Assembly (NCBI RefSeq): GCF_006345805.1
Contig: NC_042998.1
Location: 92,566,001 to 92,630,000, forward strand
DNA length: 64,000 nucleotides
Direction: 5' to 3'
Source of the DNA: Octopus sinensis
Lineage: Eukaryota
The position numbers were made by a program, and so were the translations under genes. The notes below the pieces were generated by a model, which saw only the letters and a list, made by a program, of their open reading frames with translations, had not been told where the DNA came from and made no database searches. This document shows, piece after piece, positions 12,427-26,187 of the stretch (position 1 is its first letter; the number at the start of each line of letters is the position of its first letter).

Positions 12427-12932
12427 TAGTCATATGTAGAGGTAAGAAGAGCGAAAGATATAGGGCTACATTGGTAACAAGAATAAAGACAAAGAATGAG
12501 TCTTACATTACAGTAGAGTTCTTAGTTGATAATTCTGCTGCAAAGTGGATGTAGGATGGGGGTTATTTTGATCTGTAGGTCCAAGTTTAAGCAAGTGCAT
12601 ATTTTCCATGAGTTTATTCTGGCTAGACTTTTCATCAGTGGTGTAAAGAAAGTGGGTCAACTCCAACTCATGGTAAAAAGGAGGCTAACTCTATCTGGAT
12701 TACTCAGTCCGAGGTGAGTAAGGAATTTGTGTCTTTTGGACTTAAAGTTGTAGGAAGTTCATAGTAAAGGAGGAAGCCCTGTATAGGTGTAAAATAATTT
12801 ATTATGGGATGTGTAAAGCGAGAGGGGGTTGGGAGGTGAATGTTTGCATGTAAATAGTTTAAGTGGTTCTCGGCTAAATGGGATTATTTAGATGAAGATG
12901 CTAGTGTAGGATTTGTACAGGGTCAAGCGGGT

Positions 12933-13355
12933 TTACCGATACTTGGAAAAGACAAAGAGGCCTATATGTAGACAAAAATTACTGTTCTCATATTTTCTAT
13001 TAGGAGGAGATGGCTTAGCCGTTAGAATTTCCAGGTGTTTGGTTAAACAGAGATTGCACTGTCTATTGGTAGAGTTGTAAGAAGTTTGTTTTTGCGAGTA
13101 TGCACCATTCTAATCTTTATTATATTTTTTTGTCCTTAAGCTCCCACATATAGCTACTAAGCCCTGTTGAATTTGCCTTACTCCTATTTCTGAAGCTAGA
13201 TTGGTCTGCATTGTACCTAAGTATCATTTGGTTTTACATGGCTCCTATATAGGATTTTATATGGCTATTTGTGTGTACGTCACATTGGTAAACTACATTT
13301 TTAGTCTTACATCTATTAGAGAATTGGCACTTACTTCTATCCCTGCAGCCACATA
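12933..13355 (-). pseudogene. PLE GIY-YIG endonuclease, disrupted
   Basis: CGCRDRSKCQFSNRCKTKNVVYQCDV..IKSYIGAM*..RY..SSFRN..NSTGLSSYMWELK..W.IL../SYN..RQCNLCL..NRKYE..CLH; stops and one frameshift. Confidence 0.85.
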
Positions 13356-13674
13356 AATTATTAGGTATATCTGTGTTGTGTTGTGTTGTGGAGGGCTATT
13401 AGTACTCTGGTCTTTGTGTTACTAGGAAGCACTTCATTAGTGGTGGGATTTATTCTATTAGTCTGCTGGTTGTTAGATTTGTTGTTCCTAATTTTTCTAG
13501 CTTCATAGAATGTGTCACACACACACAGCATTAAAACGTTTTTAGTCTTATAACGACCAATTGGTGTTAACAAAATGTTAGGAGACTAAATTTATTGTAT
13601 AAATGATATATCAACTCCATTATTTAATAAACAAGTATCTGCATTTTCTGACTAATGAAAATGTATTGGATAAT

Positions 13675-14230
13675 AGGTGCAAGCATAGGTGCAGGATAAG
13701 AAGTGTCCTTCACAACCACATGAGTCTGGATTCAGTCCCATTACATGGCACCTAACACAAATGTCTTCTACTATAGCACCAGGCTGAGCAAAGCCTCATT
13801 AGCAGATTTGATTGGCAGAAACTGAAAGAAGTCTCTCATATAAATACATATATATATATATATATATATGTAAATGGATGAATAAATTACCATTTGTTTC
13901 AAAACATATATAGAAAGTAAAAGAATTTGAATAACACCTGCATTCAACTCCATTTATATATATATATGTATATATATATATATACACACACATATATGTC
14001 ATGATGGTGATGATATATGCATATTTGTGTGTGTGTGTGTGTGTGTGTCACCACCACTTGACAACTAGTATTGATATGTTTACATCCTTGTAACATAGTG
14101 GTTTGACAAAGGGAACTGATAGAATAGTTACCAGGCTTAGAAATAAGTAGTGGGGTTGATTTGTTTGGCTAAACCCTTTTGAACAGTACTCTGTCTAATG
14201 AATGAAACAGGTTAAAGGTAAAAGATAAAA
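13675..14230 (+). mobile_element. SINE family A, diverged, enlarged middle
   Basis: Head, core and tail all recognisable. Confidence 0.7.
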
Positions 14231-16394
14231 AGATAATCCAGTGTTTGGCATATTAACATGAAATTTTAACGGAAGATTTTAATTCAGATTACTTTAAGCC
14301 ATGAAACTGGTATCACAGAACCAGGGGTAGTCCCAGGTAGGTGAGTATCAAAAGAGTTAAGCAATTTTTCCATTCATAGCCAATACACACATACACCACA
14401 GGTTTCAGCACAGTTTCTTTCTACCAAATTATATCTTCTAATATATTCTTTATTCTATATATATATTAATATATATTACTTCCAAATCAAATGACATTAA
14501 GTCTCAAACAAACTAAGTCTATACTACTTGATTTACAAATCTGTTTAAAACACATTTTTCTTAGAGGAAGTAGTGAATATCTTTAAAGTTGCATTACATT
14601 GACAAAATAAGAAAGATAACATATTATCTGGTGTCTAATTATATATAATTACTATATTACACAGTGTATAATTTCATATTGTTAACTAGATTATTTGCCA
14701 AGAAGCATGTGCGTGTCTTTTGCTCTTCATGAAATCTTTAGTGTATTTATAATCTGAACACATTTGATTTACACTTGAGAGATGAAATGAATATAGCATC
14801 ACAGAGAAATACAACTAGAATCAATATATCTTTTTGTTGAAACAAAAGGAATAAACTGATCTAAGTACAGCTGTTACACAGATAACATTTCAGGGATAGA
14901 ATCCCAATGACAAATATATTTTCAGATGTCTCTTAAAGAGTAATACATTTTTCAAAACTATTAAAGACATCGCTTTGCTGGGTTAATCTTTATTTAGATT
15001 AGATTCAGTGGGAAAGAAACAGACAGTTAGATAAAAATTAGACAAATTGAAAAGGAATTAAAAGGACCATCACCACCATCACCTTTTCTATTCTATGCTT
15101 TTGTGCATCTGATGAGACATGTTAAGGCAAATTTTATGCAAATAGATGCTTTCCTGTTGATGGTCCTCACCTATTTCCATGCAAAGTACTGTCTTCTGGT
15201 CATTTGAATAACAAACAGCTCAATGGCCAGACATGTTTTTGTAGAAGATTGCAAACAAGCAACACTGTTTGTATGAAAAGTGACTTTGTTTTCAATCAGC
15301 ATGCAAATGTCAAGATGTTTAAAAAGATGCTTGATGTAAATTAATGCAACATATGTAACCAACTGCACAAAATAAAAACTCTATCAAATGAAAATTGACA
15401 AAAACACATCATCTATCAAAATGAAGTTGATCAATGACATAGAGCAACTTTGTTCATATGAGATTAAATACAAAGTTTAATTGGTGATTAGACACATATC
15501 TTTCAAGGTGAGGTATGATTAAAGAAGAGAATAAAAACTTTACATAAATATCTAGAAGAGAAGAGCAAGCCAAGAAAAGAAAGTAGAGGCTAAAATAGTA
15601 TGAGACTAAGTATATATTGTAGAGAGACAGAGCTAAAACAAAGTGAAAGACATTTGAACACTGCAATTATCAAGTACATCAATAGTTTGAGCATTAGCTC
15701 GTCAAAGAAGTGAGCAAAAAAATAAAACCATTATGATATAAAATAATAGTAACCAAAGCAAGGAGATTGCTCTAAGAGTTACTCAGAGATCAAATCTTCC
15801 TTAGAATGTTATAAAAAGAAAGAAAATACAAGCTACGTTGTGAGTTCCACTAATGCATGTTCACAGTTTTAAAACTTAATGTTATTCCACAGATGGCTGT
15901 GTGGTGAAGAAGGTTACTTTGCAACCACATTACATTGAGTTTGATCCCACTCTATAACTTCAGCAAGTGTCTACTACTATAGCATCGGGTTGACCAGTGC
16001 TTGGTGAGTAAAATTTGGTAGAAGGAAACTATACAAAAGTTCACCATGTGTATATGTGTGTGTGTGTGTGTGTGCATACACACATATATATACACATAGA
16101 TACATTTATGTATTTGTGTGTGGACTGTGTTTGTATCCACATGCATCACATTAACATCACTTAGGCAGCACTGATATTGTTTATGTTTTGCATAAACAGA
16201 GAGTTTTTCAGCTCAATGGATTCATAAGCAAAGATGTGGAATAAGGGTATCTGGCTGTACAAAAACAGCTTCAAGACTGCTGTCTCATCCAATGCAAGCC
16301 AGCATGAAAAATTCAGATGAAAAATTGACAATACTGGGGTCAATGTAACCAACTAGTCACTTCTCACAAAATTTCAGACCTTGAATTTATCATC

Positions 16395-16590
16395 ACTATC
16401 ATCATTTGACATTTGTTGTCCAAGCTGGCATGAGTTGGACGGTTTGACTGGGCTGACACACTGGAAGGCTGAACCAGACTCCAGTCTGATTTGGCATGAT
16501 TTTCTATGGCTGGATGTCCTTCCTAACACCAACCACTCAGAGTGTAATGGGTATTTTTATGTACCACCGGCACAGGTACCATTTGCATGA
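16395..16590 (-). mobile_element. RTE 3' tail fragment
   Basis: Reverse complement of the 4880-5055 tail. Similar short tails at 18565-18750(+), 25880-26078(+), 30140-30410(-), 32575-32670(+), 36355-36551(+), 38110-38290(+), 43020-43190(+). Confidence 0.75.
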
Positions 16591-17159
16591 CGCTGGGATG
16601 TTTTTACATGCCACTATAGTAGAAAGAAATATTACTGGTGGGTATAATTCAATACTAAAATTAGTTAGCAATAGGACAAATTCCTTCAAGGAATACCAGA
16701 TAAGCCACCTACACCTGGATACAACTAATTCAACAAGAACTCCCTACTCGAATGGGCCATGAAACCACGAAACTTAACTAAAAAAAAGATTTAGCAAATC
16801 CTATTAGGTGGTGCTATTAAGTTAGACATGGCCTTGACCAATCTTAGGTCGAAACATATCTAAGTTAATTGAATGAAAATTAAGATAAATTTTAAGTTTC
16901 TCATAAAACCTTAGAAGACATTGCATAAGATGTTACGTTACTCAAATGTAAAAACCACAAATAGAAAAATTATATCCTTGAAAATTGAAGCAAGTATATA
17001 AAGTGTCTGAAATTAAAGAGCATTAGTATGAAGGTATTCCTATTGACTACCTATAACTAACCAAGATGGTTCTTTAAAAATAAACAGAAAATCAAATGTA
17101 GTAATGATGTTTTTTCCTACACTGGTGTTCTATCATGATTTGGGCTATGACCCTCATTA

Positions 17160-17882
17160 GTACAAGATAATGGGAGAGCTTCTATGTGGTCATTCAGATA
17201 GCTAGAAAACACAGAAAATGTCCCTCCTATCATATTCTACTGTCTTAAAAAGGAAAGGAGGCTTATTGTGTCTAAGACGATATAACCCTTTTACATATTT
17301 CAGTTATTGCACTGTGACAATGATGGGGAACCACCCCTCCATTTTTTTAAAGTTTGTTATTTTATCACTCCCATTTGCTGAACTATAAAGTTACAAGGAC
17401 ATAAACAAACCAATATCAGCTGTCAAGCAGTGTCGAGGGATGAACACACACACATATATATGAAGAGCTTCTTTCAGTTTCTATCTACCAAATCCAATCA
17501 TAAGATTTTGGGCTATAGCAGTTGACACTGGTCAAAGGTATTGCACAATGGCAGTGAAGTCAAGACATGGTTAGGAAGCAAGCTTTCAACCACACAGCCA
17601 TCCATGCTTGTGCCTGCATGGCAATATTTTTTTTTCTTATGCTGTTCTTTGTGATTAGGCTATCAAAGGAGCTTCTATGTGGTCATTCAAATTGCCAGAA
17701 AAGACAGGGAGTTTCCCTCATATACTCTGCTGTCATAAACAAGTAAGGAGGCTTGTGTATAAAGGACAATATAACCCTAGATACATAAAACTTTAAAGAA
17801 AAAATAAACAAGATGACAACTTGAATGCCTTTTATTATAGGTTTCTTCAATGAGAATTGACCTTGAGCTAAACAACAACAAA
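17160..17882 (+). mobile_element. Two copies of an (AAC)n-tailed retroposon flanking a minus-strand family A SINE (17295-17610)
   Basis: 17173-17290 resembles 17667-17780. The second copy continues to GCTAAACAACAACA; another copy lies at 60980-61207. Confidence 0.55.
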
Positions 17883-19949
17883 AGATTAAAAAACAAAAAG
17901 CAAATTTAACTGATATGATTCCTTGAATCTTATCAAAACAGAAATGTTTAACTGATCATCAAACAATGATTAATTAGTCACTCCTGTTATATATGTAACC
18001 AAACAACCAACCAACCAAAGAACAAGCATCATTTGCCAATGTAATCAATGTTATCTAATCACTGTAGTATTACTAAATACAAGAATAAATAACTGAAAGG
18101 TCGTTTACTTGCAATAGAATTATATGAAATTTTGCTTGTAAACCAATCATTTAGTTAAATAAATCCTGTTAATTCGCAATCTACCATTATGATGCTTCCA
18201 CCCACTTTGCTTGATAGTAGTTGCTGCTCTTGTTAATGATAACGAGGTGTAATCTTTATCTTTTCCTTTTATGTTTTACTTCCTTTGATCATTGGACTGT
18301 GGCCATGCTGGGGCACTGCCTTGAAGGGTTTAGTCGAACAAAGTGACCCTGGGGCTTTTTCATTTTTAAGTTTGGTACTTATTCTATCAGTCTTTTTTGT
18401 CAAACTGCTAAGTTACTAGAACATAAGCAAACCAGCACTGGTTGCCTAGCAAGGGGGTGGGAAACAAACACAGACACACAAGCACTTTTTCTTTTCTTTT
18501 CCTTGCATGCAGCTTTTCCCTTCTTTCTGTTCTTTTCAATCTTGCAAGTTACTTGACACCATCACTAGTGCTGGTGGAATGAAAAAAGCAACCAGTACAC
18601 AATGTAAAGTGGTTGGCATTGGGAAGGGCATCTAGTCATAGAAACCATACCAAAGCTGACATTGGAGCTTAAAACACCTCAGTGGTTTGCCAAATCTTGT
18701 CAAACCACCCAACCCATGCCAATATGGAGAATAGATGTTAAATGTTGGTGATACAGACAATGTGCTTCCACACTATTACCATCTATCAAATTTACTGACA
18801 AGGCATCAGGCTGGGGCTACAGTAGAAGATGCTTATTCAAGGTGTTGTATAGTAACACTGAATCCGAAACCAAGTGGTTGTATAGTGAGTTTTTTGCCCA
18901 CACAGTCGATTAAAAAAAATAAAATAGTATAAAATATATATAGCTACTAAAACATAAATATATACATGAATTTATATGAATTAAGCATCGAGAAAATACT
19001 AAATGTTAAGAAAGAAGTGTTAACAATAGAAATCTACAATGTCTGGTGACATGTCTTTGATATTGTGATGGTACCTGTAGTAGCTGGCGTAGCCTTTAAC
19101 AGAACAGCCTTCAACTAATTGTCCAAGCACAAATGGATCAGTTGGGAAGAACAGGCCTATTTTACTTGATCATTGGCACTGAGATTTATTGGCTGTTACT
19201 GTGAAAACCACTCAAATTGGAAGCAATAATTGCATAAAGATGAATGACAGAGCTGTGTTAGAAAGTATCAGTTTAATCCTTTGTACAATGACATGTTTTC
19301 TATAATGCTCACCTTCTTTAACAATGTCACCCTATCATGTGTCCATCTAAATGGGCTGTTTGAATTTTTGCGTCATTACAAAGTCCATTAGCCTTATTTA
19401 AATTACACAAAAGCACTAACAACACATCACTCTTTCAAGTTTGAAGTATGAGATGGGGGAAGCACTACACTAAAGTTACACTTGTTTAGAAACTATTAGG
19501 TATCTGTACAGATTGTCATCAACTTTGGAATCAATACTTTTTCTAAGTCTGTTTCTCATCAAATATGTTGATAATGTTCTCATTTATAGAATCAACAACA
19601 ATACTGGTAAGAGATAGCATTGTTTGATCTGCACAGTTTGAAGGATTTCATAGGTTGCCAAAAATCAAATTTATTTTACATTCATTCAGACCAATCATAT
19701 CATTTGAAAGCTCACTTTTGCCTTCAGAATCCAACTGTTCACTCTTCACTCACAAGACTTAGAGAATCAGCCTAGTTACAATCTTCTCAATTCTGCACTC
19801 TTATGTTGATAAGTTTTCGTTTTGTTCAAAAATGAAGAATAAGTCTATATTAATTGATCATAATAGGTTTCTTTAAAATAGAAAGTGTTAGAAACAAGAT
19901 CCAGCCTCCAAGAGTTGGTGGTTTCACAAAATTTGTGATCAAAAAAGGG

Positions 19950-22900
19950 CAGCTGCTGAACAGCAATCTTTTTTGTGCATGGCACAAAAGATTGTACAGC
20001 AGCTGACCTGGCTCCATCAATCTCACAGATGTGACTATCCTCAATATACAAGACCACCACAGCAAATAGACCCAAGGTGGGCACCACTGGCAACAACACA
20101 TACATCACATCGGTGCTCTTACTGAACATCAGAGGACTGCTAAAACTCAGTAACAGCACAAAAATCCCTTTCTTGAGAGACCTTGTTGAATGCAATCAAG
20201 CTTTATGCATAGCACTTATGGAAACACACCTGAAACCAGATATAGCAAATATAGAAATACACATACCACAGTATGTTGTATTACGGACTGACAGGAAAGA
20301 AAGGAATCATGGTGGAGTTGCTATGTACATCTGCAAAGACCTTACACCCCAGGTCCTTTTGTCACACTCAAATTAAGTATGAGACACACTGATTGTACAT
20401 ATAAGGCAACTCTGTGTAGTTATATGTGCTACATATCGCTCTCCAGATGCTCCAAATCATGTAGGCGAGTTTGAAGACTGCCTTACAAAAATAGAAGTTC
20501 TAGTCACATTAGAGCAACATATAAGTGTACTTCTTATGGGAGACTTCAATCTGCCCAGTGTCAGATGGCCCGAAGGCCTTTCTTTCCCAGGAAAGACACG
20601 ATACGAACAAGGACAGGTGAAGTCCCTCTTGAACCTCATCAACACTTTGTACATGGAGCAAATAGCACTCCAACCAACCAGGGCAGGTAACATACTGAAT
20701 TTCTGCTTCACAAATAATATGGAACTCATCCATAATGTGAAAGTGACACCGACGCTACTCTCGGATCACAACATGGTAGAGCTGATCATGTATGGGCCAA
20801 AGGAAAGCATGGACATGCAGCCTACAAGAAACTCTTAGAATCTTTCCAGCTTGAACTTCCATAAGGCAAACTGGAAACAAATTGAGAAAGAGATCCTCAA
20901 ACAAAACTGGCCTAAATGTCTCTCCTCACCGGACATTGACATGAAACTTCAACAATTCATGTCTGTAATGCAAGCCATATGCTACAAATGTGTCCCAGAG
21001 AGAAAGGCCACTGTACACAAGAACAAAATCCCCAGGAAGAGGAAAATTCTAATGAGACAGCATACAAAAGTTTCAAATTGCCTAAACAAACAAATTGAAA
21101 GCAATGAAAAGTCCCGTCCGAAAATACAACTGCTGGAAATTGAAAAAAGTCTGTAACTCTCCCATGAAAAAGAAAGAGCAGACAAGGAAGCCTGGGCTAT
21201 AGACAATATAAAATCTAACCCCAGAGCTTTCGACAAGTTTGCCAAAGAAACAGCTTCAGTGCACTGCAGGATAGAGCCACTCCTTAAAAAAGATGGTACA
21301 CTCACAGGAAATCCAATGAGGATAAGTGAAATACTAAATGAGCAATTCAAAAGTATTTTCACTCCACCCCTATGGCACTTTCAAGTCAGCAATCCAACTG
21401 ACTTCTTTACCACTGCAGATATAAAAACAGAGGCAATGATGATTGATTACATCAATATAAAGGAAGATGATGTAATAAGGGCTATAGATGAAATGAATCC
21501 AAACTCAGCTACTGGCCCTGATGGATTCCCAGCAATCCTTCTAAAAGTATGTAAGCGAGTCCTAGCAAGACCACTGCAGTCCCTCTTTCAGAGCTTCCTT
21601 GCAACTGGCAAACTTCCAAGAAAACTGAAGGAGAGTAAAATATGCCCTATTCATAAAGGAGGTAGCACATCAGCAAGGTCATGGAATGAATATTCAGAAG
21701 AAAACTAATCGCCTTCCTTGAAGAAAATGACCTGCTGCCTGACACCCAACATGGTTTCCAACCAGGAAGAAGCTGTCTAACTCAGCTCTTATAACACTAT
21801 GACTGGGTGCTGAAACCACTCAAATGTAGAAGTGATATATCTCGACTTTGCAAAGGTCTTTGATAAAGTCGATCATGGAATGATATGTCACAAACTGCGT
21901 GATCTTGGCATAGTTGGAAAATTGGGAGAATGGCTTCATGACTTTCTGAAGGATAGAAGTCAAGTGGTAGTAGCCAATAAGGCCATCTCCAATGACACAC
22001 AAATAGTGAGTGGTGTTCCACAAGGTACTGTTTTGGGACCACTACTGTTCATAATGGCCCTCTCAGATATACCCTCAGCCACACAGAGAACCACAATCAC
22101 AAGTTATGCAGATGATACAAAAGTTTCACAGGTAATACAGAACCCTGAAGACGCTATGCACCTGCAATGTGAGCTGGATGAAATATACAAGTGGGCTGAA
22201 AAGAATAACATGCAGTTTAATGCTGAAAAGTTTCAAGCTTTGTGCTATCAGCATGCAAAACTAAATGCAATACCTAATACATACACTGGACCTGGAGGGA
22301 TTGCAATTCCAGAGGCACAATCAGTGTGAGACCTGGGCATTTACATGAGTAATGATGCAACCTGTCATGTGCATGTTGCTAAATTGGCAATGAAATGTAG
22401 GTGGCTGACCGGATGGATTCTTAGAACTTTTAGAACAAGAGACCAGGAAACCATGATGGTCCTCTGGAGGACACTTATCCTAAGCCACTTTCACTATTGC
22501 TCTCAGCTATGGTCACCATCCAGTGTCAAATTAATCTCAGAACTTGAGGCAATCCAACGAAACTACACGAAGAAGATAGCCTCTGTGCAGCATATAAGCT
22601 ATTGAGAAAGACTCAAGAGATTAAGACTCTATTCCTTAGATATGCCATGATATACATCTGGAAGATCCTGGAACGACTTGTCCCAAATTTTGGCATCGAA
22701 AGTTACACAAGTACAAGAACTGGGCATCACTGCATAGCACCAAGGACTCCAAATTTGCCATCAAGATGTAGGACAAGATACTGCAATAGCCTGGGCTTCA
22801 GAGGTTCACAGCTTTTCAATATCCTCCCGAAGGACCTGAGAGACCTGCATGGGGTCTTCAAAATAAAGTTGGACCTCTTCCGGTCAGGTGTCCCAGATGA

Positions 22901-23080
22901 ACCAACTTCGCAGCAGAAGGTCCAGATGAGGGCAGCAGCATCAAACTCTCTCGTGCACCAAATGTCAATTGCTAAAAAGCATTCGTGAAGTAAAATTATG
23001 TAGCAACACCAAATGGCAGTGCCCCAGCATGGCCACAGCTCGTGAGCTGAAACTAGATGAAAAAAACAAAAAAAAACAAA
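19950..23080 (+). mobile_element. CR1-group non-LTR retrotransposon, 5'-truncated, inactive
   Basis: Whole ORF2 plus short 3' UTR with stem-loop and A-rich tail. 5' junction approximate; no TSD identified. Confidence 0.9.
20101..22988 (+). pseudogene. LINE ORF2 (AP endonuclease + reverse transcriptase), multiple stops and frameshifts
   Basis: APE: LNIRGL, ETHL, GGVAMY, GDFN, PTR, SDH. RT: GPDG, YLDFAKVFDKVDH, SGVPQGTVLGPLLF, YADDTK, WAEKNNMQFN, YCSQLWSP. A small deletion removes NYRPISL near 21665. Confidence 0.93.
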
Positions 23081-23465
23081 TTCATACACATACTTCAACA
23101 TTTTTAAAGCTTCATCCAACAACAGACAAAATGACAGACTGGATTTATTCATTCAAGTTTGCTGTTAATATCAACACTGTAATTTAAATCTGTTGATGGA
23201 AACTTGATTGCAGATAGTTGAATGAACTGAAGAATCACTTTTGTGAGAACAATACAATCAGTCCTGTAGATGCAACTGTAAGAATTGGCTGATAAAACAA
23301 GCTTCCACACATTCACTGCTTGATTGAAAAATGTTTTTAAAGTACATTCAGGACTATCGACAAAGAAAAGATCTAAACTTAGGTTGTTGCTTTTTACAGA
23401 ATACATTAAGATGCTGTTACTTTTGATTCAATTGCCTCCTTTCCTCCTGAGCTATATACACTCAT

Positions 23466-23670
23466 AAGGCTGGTTCCATGATTTTTGTAGTACATATATT
23501 CCCCACTTGGATGGGATGCCAGTCCATCACAGGATTACTCAATCTTACCAGATGAGTGGAGTGGAACAATGTGAAATGAAGTGTGTTGCTCAAGAACACA
23601 TCACCTGGTCCAGGAATCAGAACCACATTTTTATGACCACGAGTCCAACACCCTAACCACTTGACCACAT
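23466..23670 (-). mobile_element. tRNA-derived SINE with CORE-like and V-domain-like blocks
   Basis: Minus strand GTGGTCAAGTGGTTAGGGTG...GTTCTGATTCC...TTCTTGAGCAA...CCTGTGATGGACTGGCATCCCATCCA. Confidence 0.6.
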
Positions 23671-23736
23671 ATCTTTTCTGTTTCAGTTTCTCTAGGTGAC
23701 TGCTGTTAATGTCAGGGGAGAGTAAAAAAAATGTTT

Positions 23737-24128
23737 GTGGCTGTGTGGTAAGTAGCTTGCTTACCAACCACATGGTTCCAGGTTCAGTCCCACTGCGTGG
23801 CACCTTGGGCAAGTGTCTTCTACTATAGCCTCGGGCCAACAAAAGCCTTGTGAGTGGATTTGATAGACGGAAACTGAAAGAATCCCGTCATGTATATGTA
23901 TTTATGTGTGTGTGTGTATGTGTGTGTTTGTGTGTCTGTGTTTATCCCCAACATCGCTTGACAACCGATACTGGTGTGTTTACTTCCCCGTAACTTAGTG
24001 GTTCGGCAAAAGAGACTGATAGAATAAGTACTAGACTTACAAAGAATAAGTCTTGGGGTCAATTTGCTTGACTAAAAGTGATGTTCCAGCATGGCCACAG
24101 TCAAATGACTGAAGTAAAAGAGTAAAAA
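23737..24128 (+). mobile_element. SINE family A, well-preserved copy
   Basis: A box TGGCTGTGTGG, B-box-like GGTTCAGTCCC, CCTTGGGCAAGT core, (TG)n, tail CAGTCAAATGACTGAAGTAAAAGAGTAAAA. Confidence 0.9.
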
Positions 24129-25641
24129 GTACTTCTAGAACAAATAACCCAGAAATAAGCATATGAAATGAAGATCCATCACAGAGGCAGGGAATTTGTA
24201 AATGAGTGCCAATATTCTTCTCTAACGTTAGGCAATGTTAGGCAAATTAGGATTAAAAAAAAAAATTACAGCTGAGTTGAGATTTCACAAAACAGACCAT
24301 TAAATTGATCAGATTTAGAATTTGAGGTACATGCATCATTTGTGTATGTCAAATTCAACATCATACTCAGTAAGGTCAGTTTTTAAAACTGCTTCCTTGA
24401 ATGTTTTGGCATTGCAATCTGTCAATGTTTTCAAGTGAAATGAATGGTCATAAGATTTGTATAGTAAAATCATAGGCATTTGATATGTTTCAGAATCTTG
24501 AAAGCTGATGAAGTGTAATCTTCCAATTGAGACTCAGAAGTTTCTTTTGTGCAAGAGTGTCTTTACGCATTGTGAGTCTCTTCATATTCATTGCAATTCT
24601 TTTCATATTTATCTTGTAAATGTATTTAAGAAAAGCAAATGAAATCAAAGTGTCATAATATCTATAGAACATATACAAGAGTATATCTTAACACTGTGAT
24701 TCCCTTCATATTTATCTTATAAATGAATTCAGGAAAAGCAAATAAAATGAAAGTAGTTGTTATTTGATATCGACATTTCATCCCTTCCTTCCGCCAACAC
24801 ATGTAAGGCAGGGCGACCTTAGATCATAATCAAAGTAATCCACACACATACACACACAAAATGTTCAATAATATAGATACAAAAGTAAAAAAAACAACAT
24901 AATATAGATGAATTTCAAAAATCACTTATCGATATCACAACCTTCAACAAGATGAATAATATCAGATCTGATTAAACTTTGTTCCTCTCTATTAAATTAC
25001 TATGTAAACTTGTAGAAGCTAATGGGTAAATACATGAATCCTGTTATGTAATTAAAGATTTACAAAAGTGAAAAAAAATAAACACACATACACACACACA
25101 CACATATATATATATATGTTCTTCCTCTAAGAAAAATATCTATTTAGATATAATAATGCTAAGATTGCCAAGGGTTCAGGAGAAACTTGTCACTTTAGAC
25201 TAAACAAAACTTTCACACTATAATTGCAGTGAATCCGACTTATGTAATTGCTTTAAGCAATTAAATCCCAGGTGTGCAAACAGTTCCAAGTAGGCAAGGA
25301 GTCAGTGTATTCACAAGATAGTACTAAATGTTTTGTTTTGGGTAGTAAAGTACATGACGAAAACTGAATGCACAAGGAAGAAGAAAAGCAGAAAGATAAG
25401 TGCAAACATAGTTTTGCAGAGAAGTAGTAAATTAGTTAATATATGGATTAATTCATTATGTAGCTTATTTTCTTTATTATTTCCTATAATTAATTAGATA
25501 ACATTTGTAGAAAGTATACATAGCATATGTTTACTGAAACAATGGTAAAAAAAATGTAAGAAAATATTAGCTAAATTCACATCATTCAAGAATGAAAAGG
25601 AAACTGAGTGAAATTTGGTGAATAGAAACTGAGCAAAAGCA

Positions 25642-25687
<46 letters not shown>

Positions 25688-26187
25688 GCGCACACACAGT
25701 GGTGTGATGATGCAACCAGGAAAAATAGAACTCAGAATATGAATATATCTTTATTGATATTTAGCAGAAGTAACAAAGTGACTCAAGGGCTGAGAGTTTC
25801 GTGTACTGTCATTTATCAAACTTATAAGTACCAATGCATGAAACTCTTTGCTCTTGAGTCACTCTGTTGCTTCAACCACCTGACTGGCCCTCGTGCTGGT
25901 GGCATGTAAAAGCATCCACTACACTCTCAGAGTGGTTGGCATTAGGAGAAGCATCCAGCTGTAGAAACTTTGCCAGATCAGATCGAGCCTGGTGCAGCCT
26001 CTGCCTCACCAGTCCTCAGTCAAACCATCCAACCCATGCCAGCATGGAAAGCGGGCTTTAAATGATGATGATGATGATGAAAGAAAAAAGAAAGATAGAT
26101 AGATGTATATATTTATGTAGATGTTTGTATGCATTTATGCAAGTATGTATCATATGTATGCATATATATATCCATACATATATATAT

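Larger units (their letters stand above)
12135..13520 (-). mobile_element. Penelope-like element 3' part (GIY-YIG endonuclease plus pLTR with hammerhead)
   Basis: Decayed endonuclease ORF followed downstream by a minimal hammerhead ribozyme. Outer boundaries approximate. Confidence 0.8.
19040..24877 (-). mobile_element. Decayed Helitron (RepHel linker plus helicase) interrupted by a LINE and two SINEs
   Basis: Collinear motifs on the minus strand: SIGRLHFIS..KTFKEA..YDVEFD (24540-24270), LFFVDSPECTLKTFFN, ILTVASTG, LLLDEA (23400-23085), then LGG, NIR, VDSINE, FLNK..LPP, LLCNLNKANGLCN, RIKLI, TANKSQ, PFVLGQL (19950-19090). Candidate 5' A|TC at 24877; 3' CTRR not found. Confidence 0.85.

Noticed and set aside
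19320-19370. Gypsy-like PFRWT motif on the minus strand
   Set aside because: Another frame gives a far better collinear Helitron helicase match.
20077-22988. Active retrotransposon or domesticated RT gene
   Set aside because: Numerous stops, frameshifts and a deletion in a conserved RT motif.
23737-23800. tRNA gene
   Set aside because: A/B-box-like sequence is a SINE head with no full cloverleaf and is repeated throughout the window.
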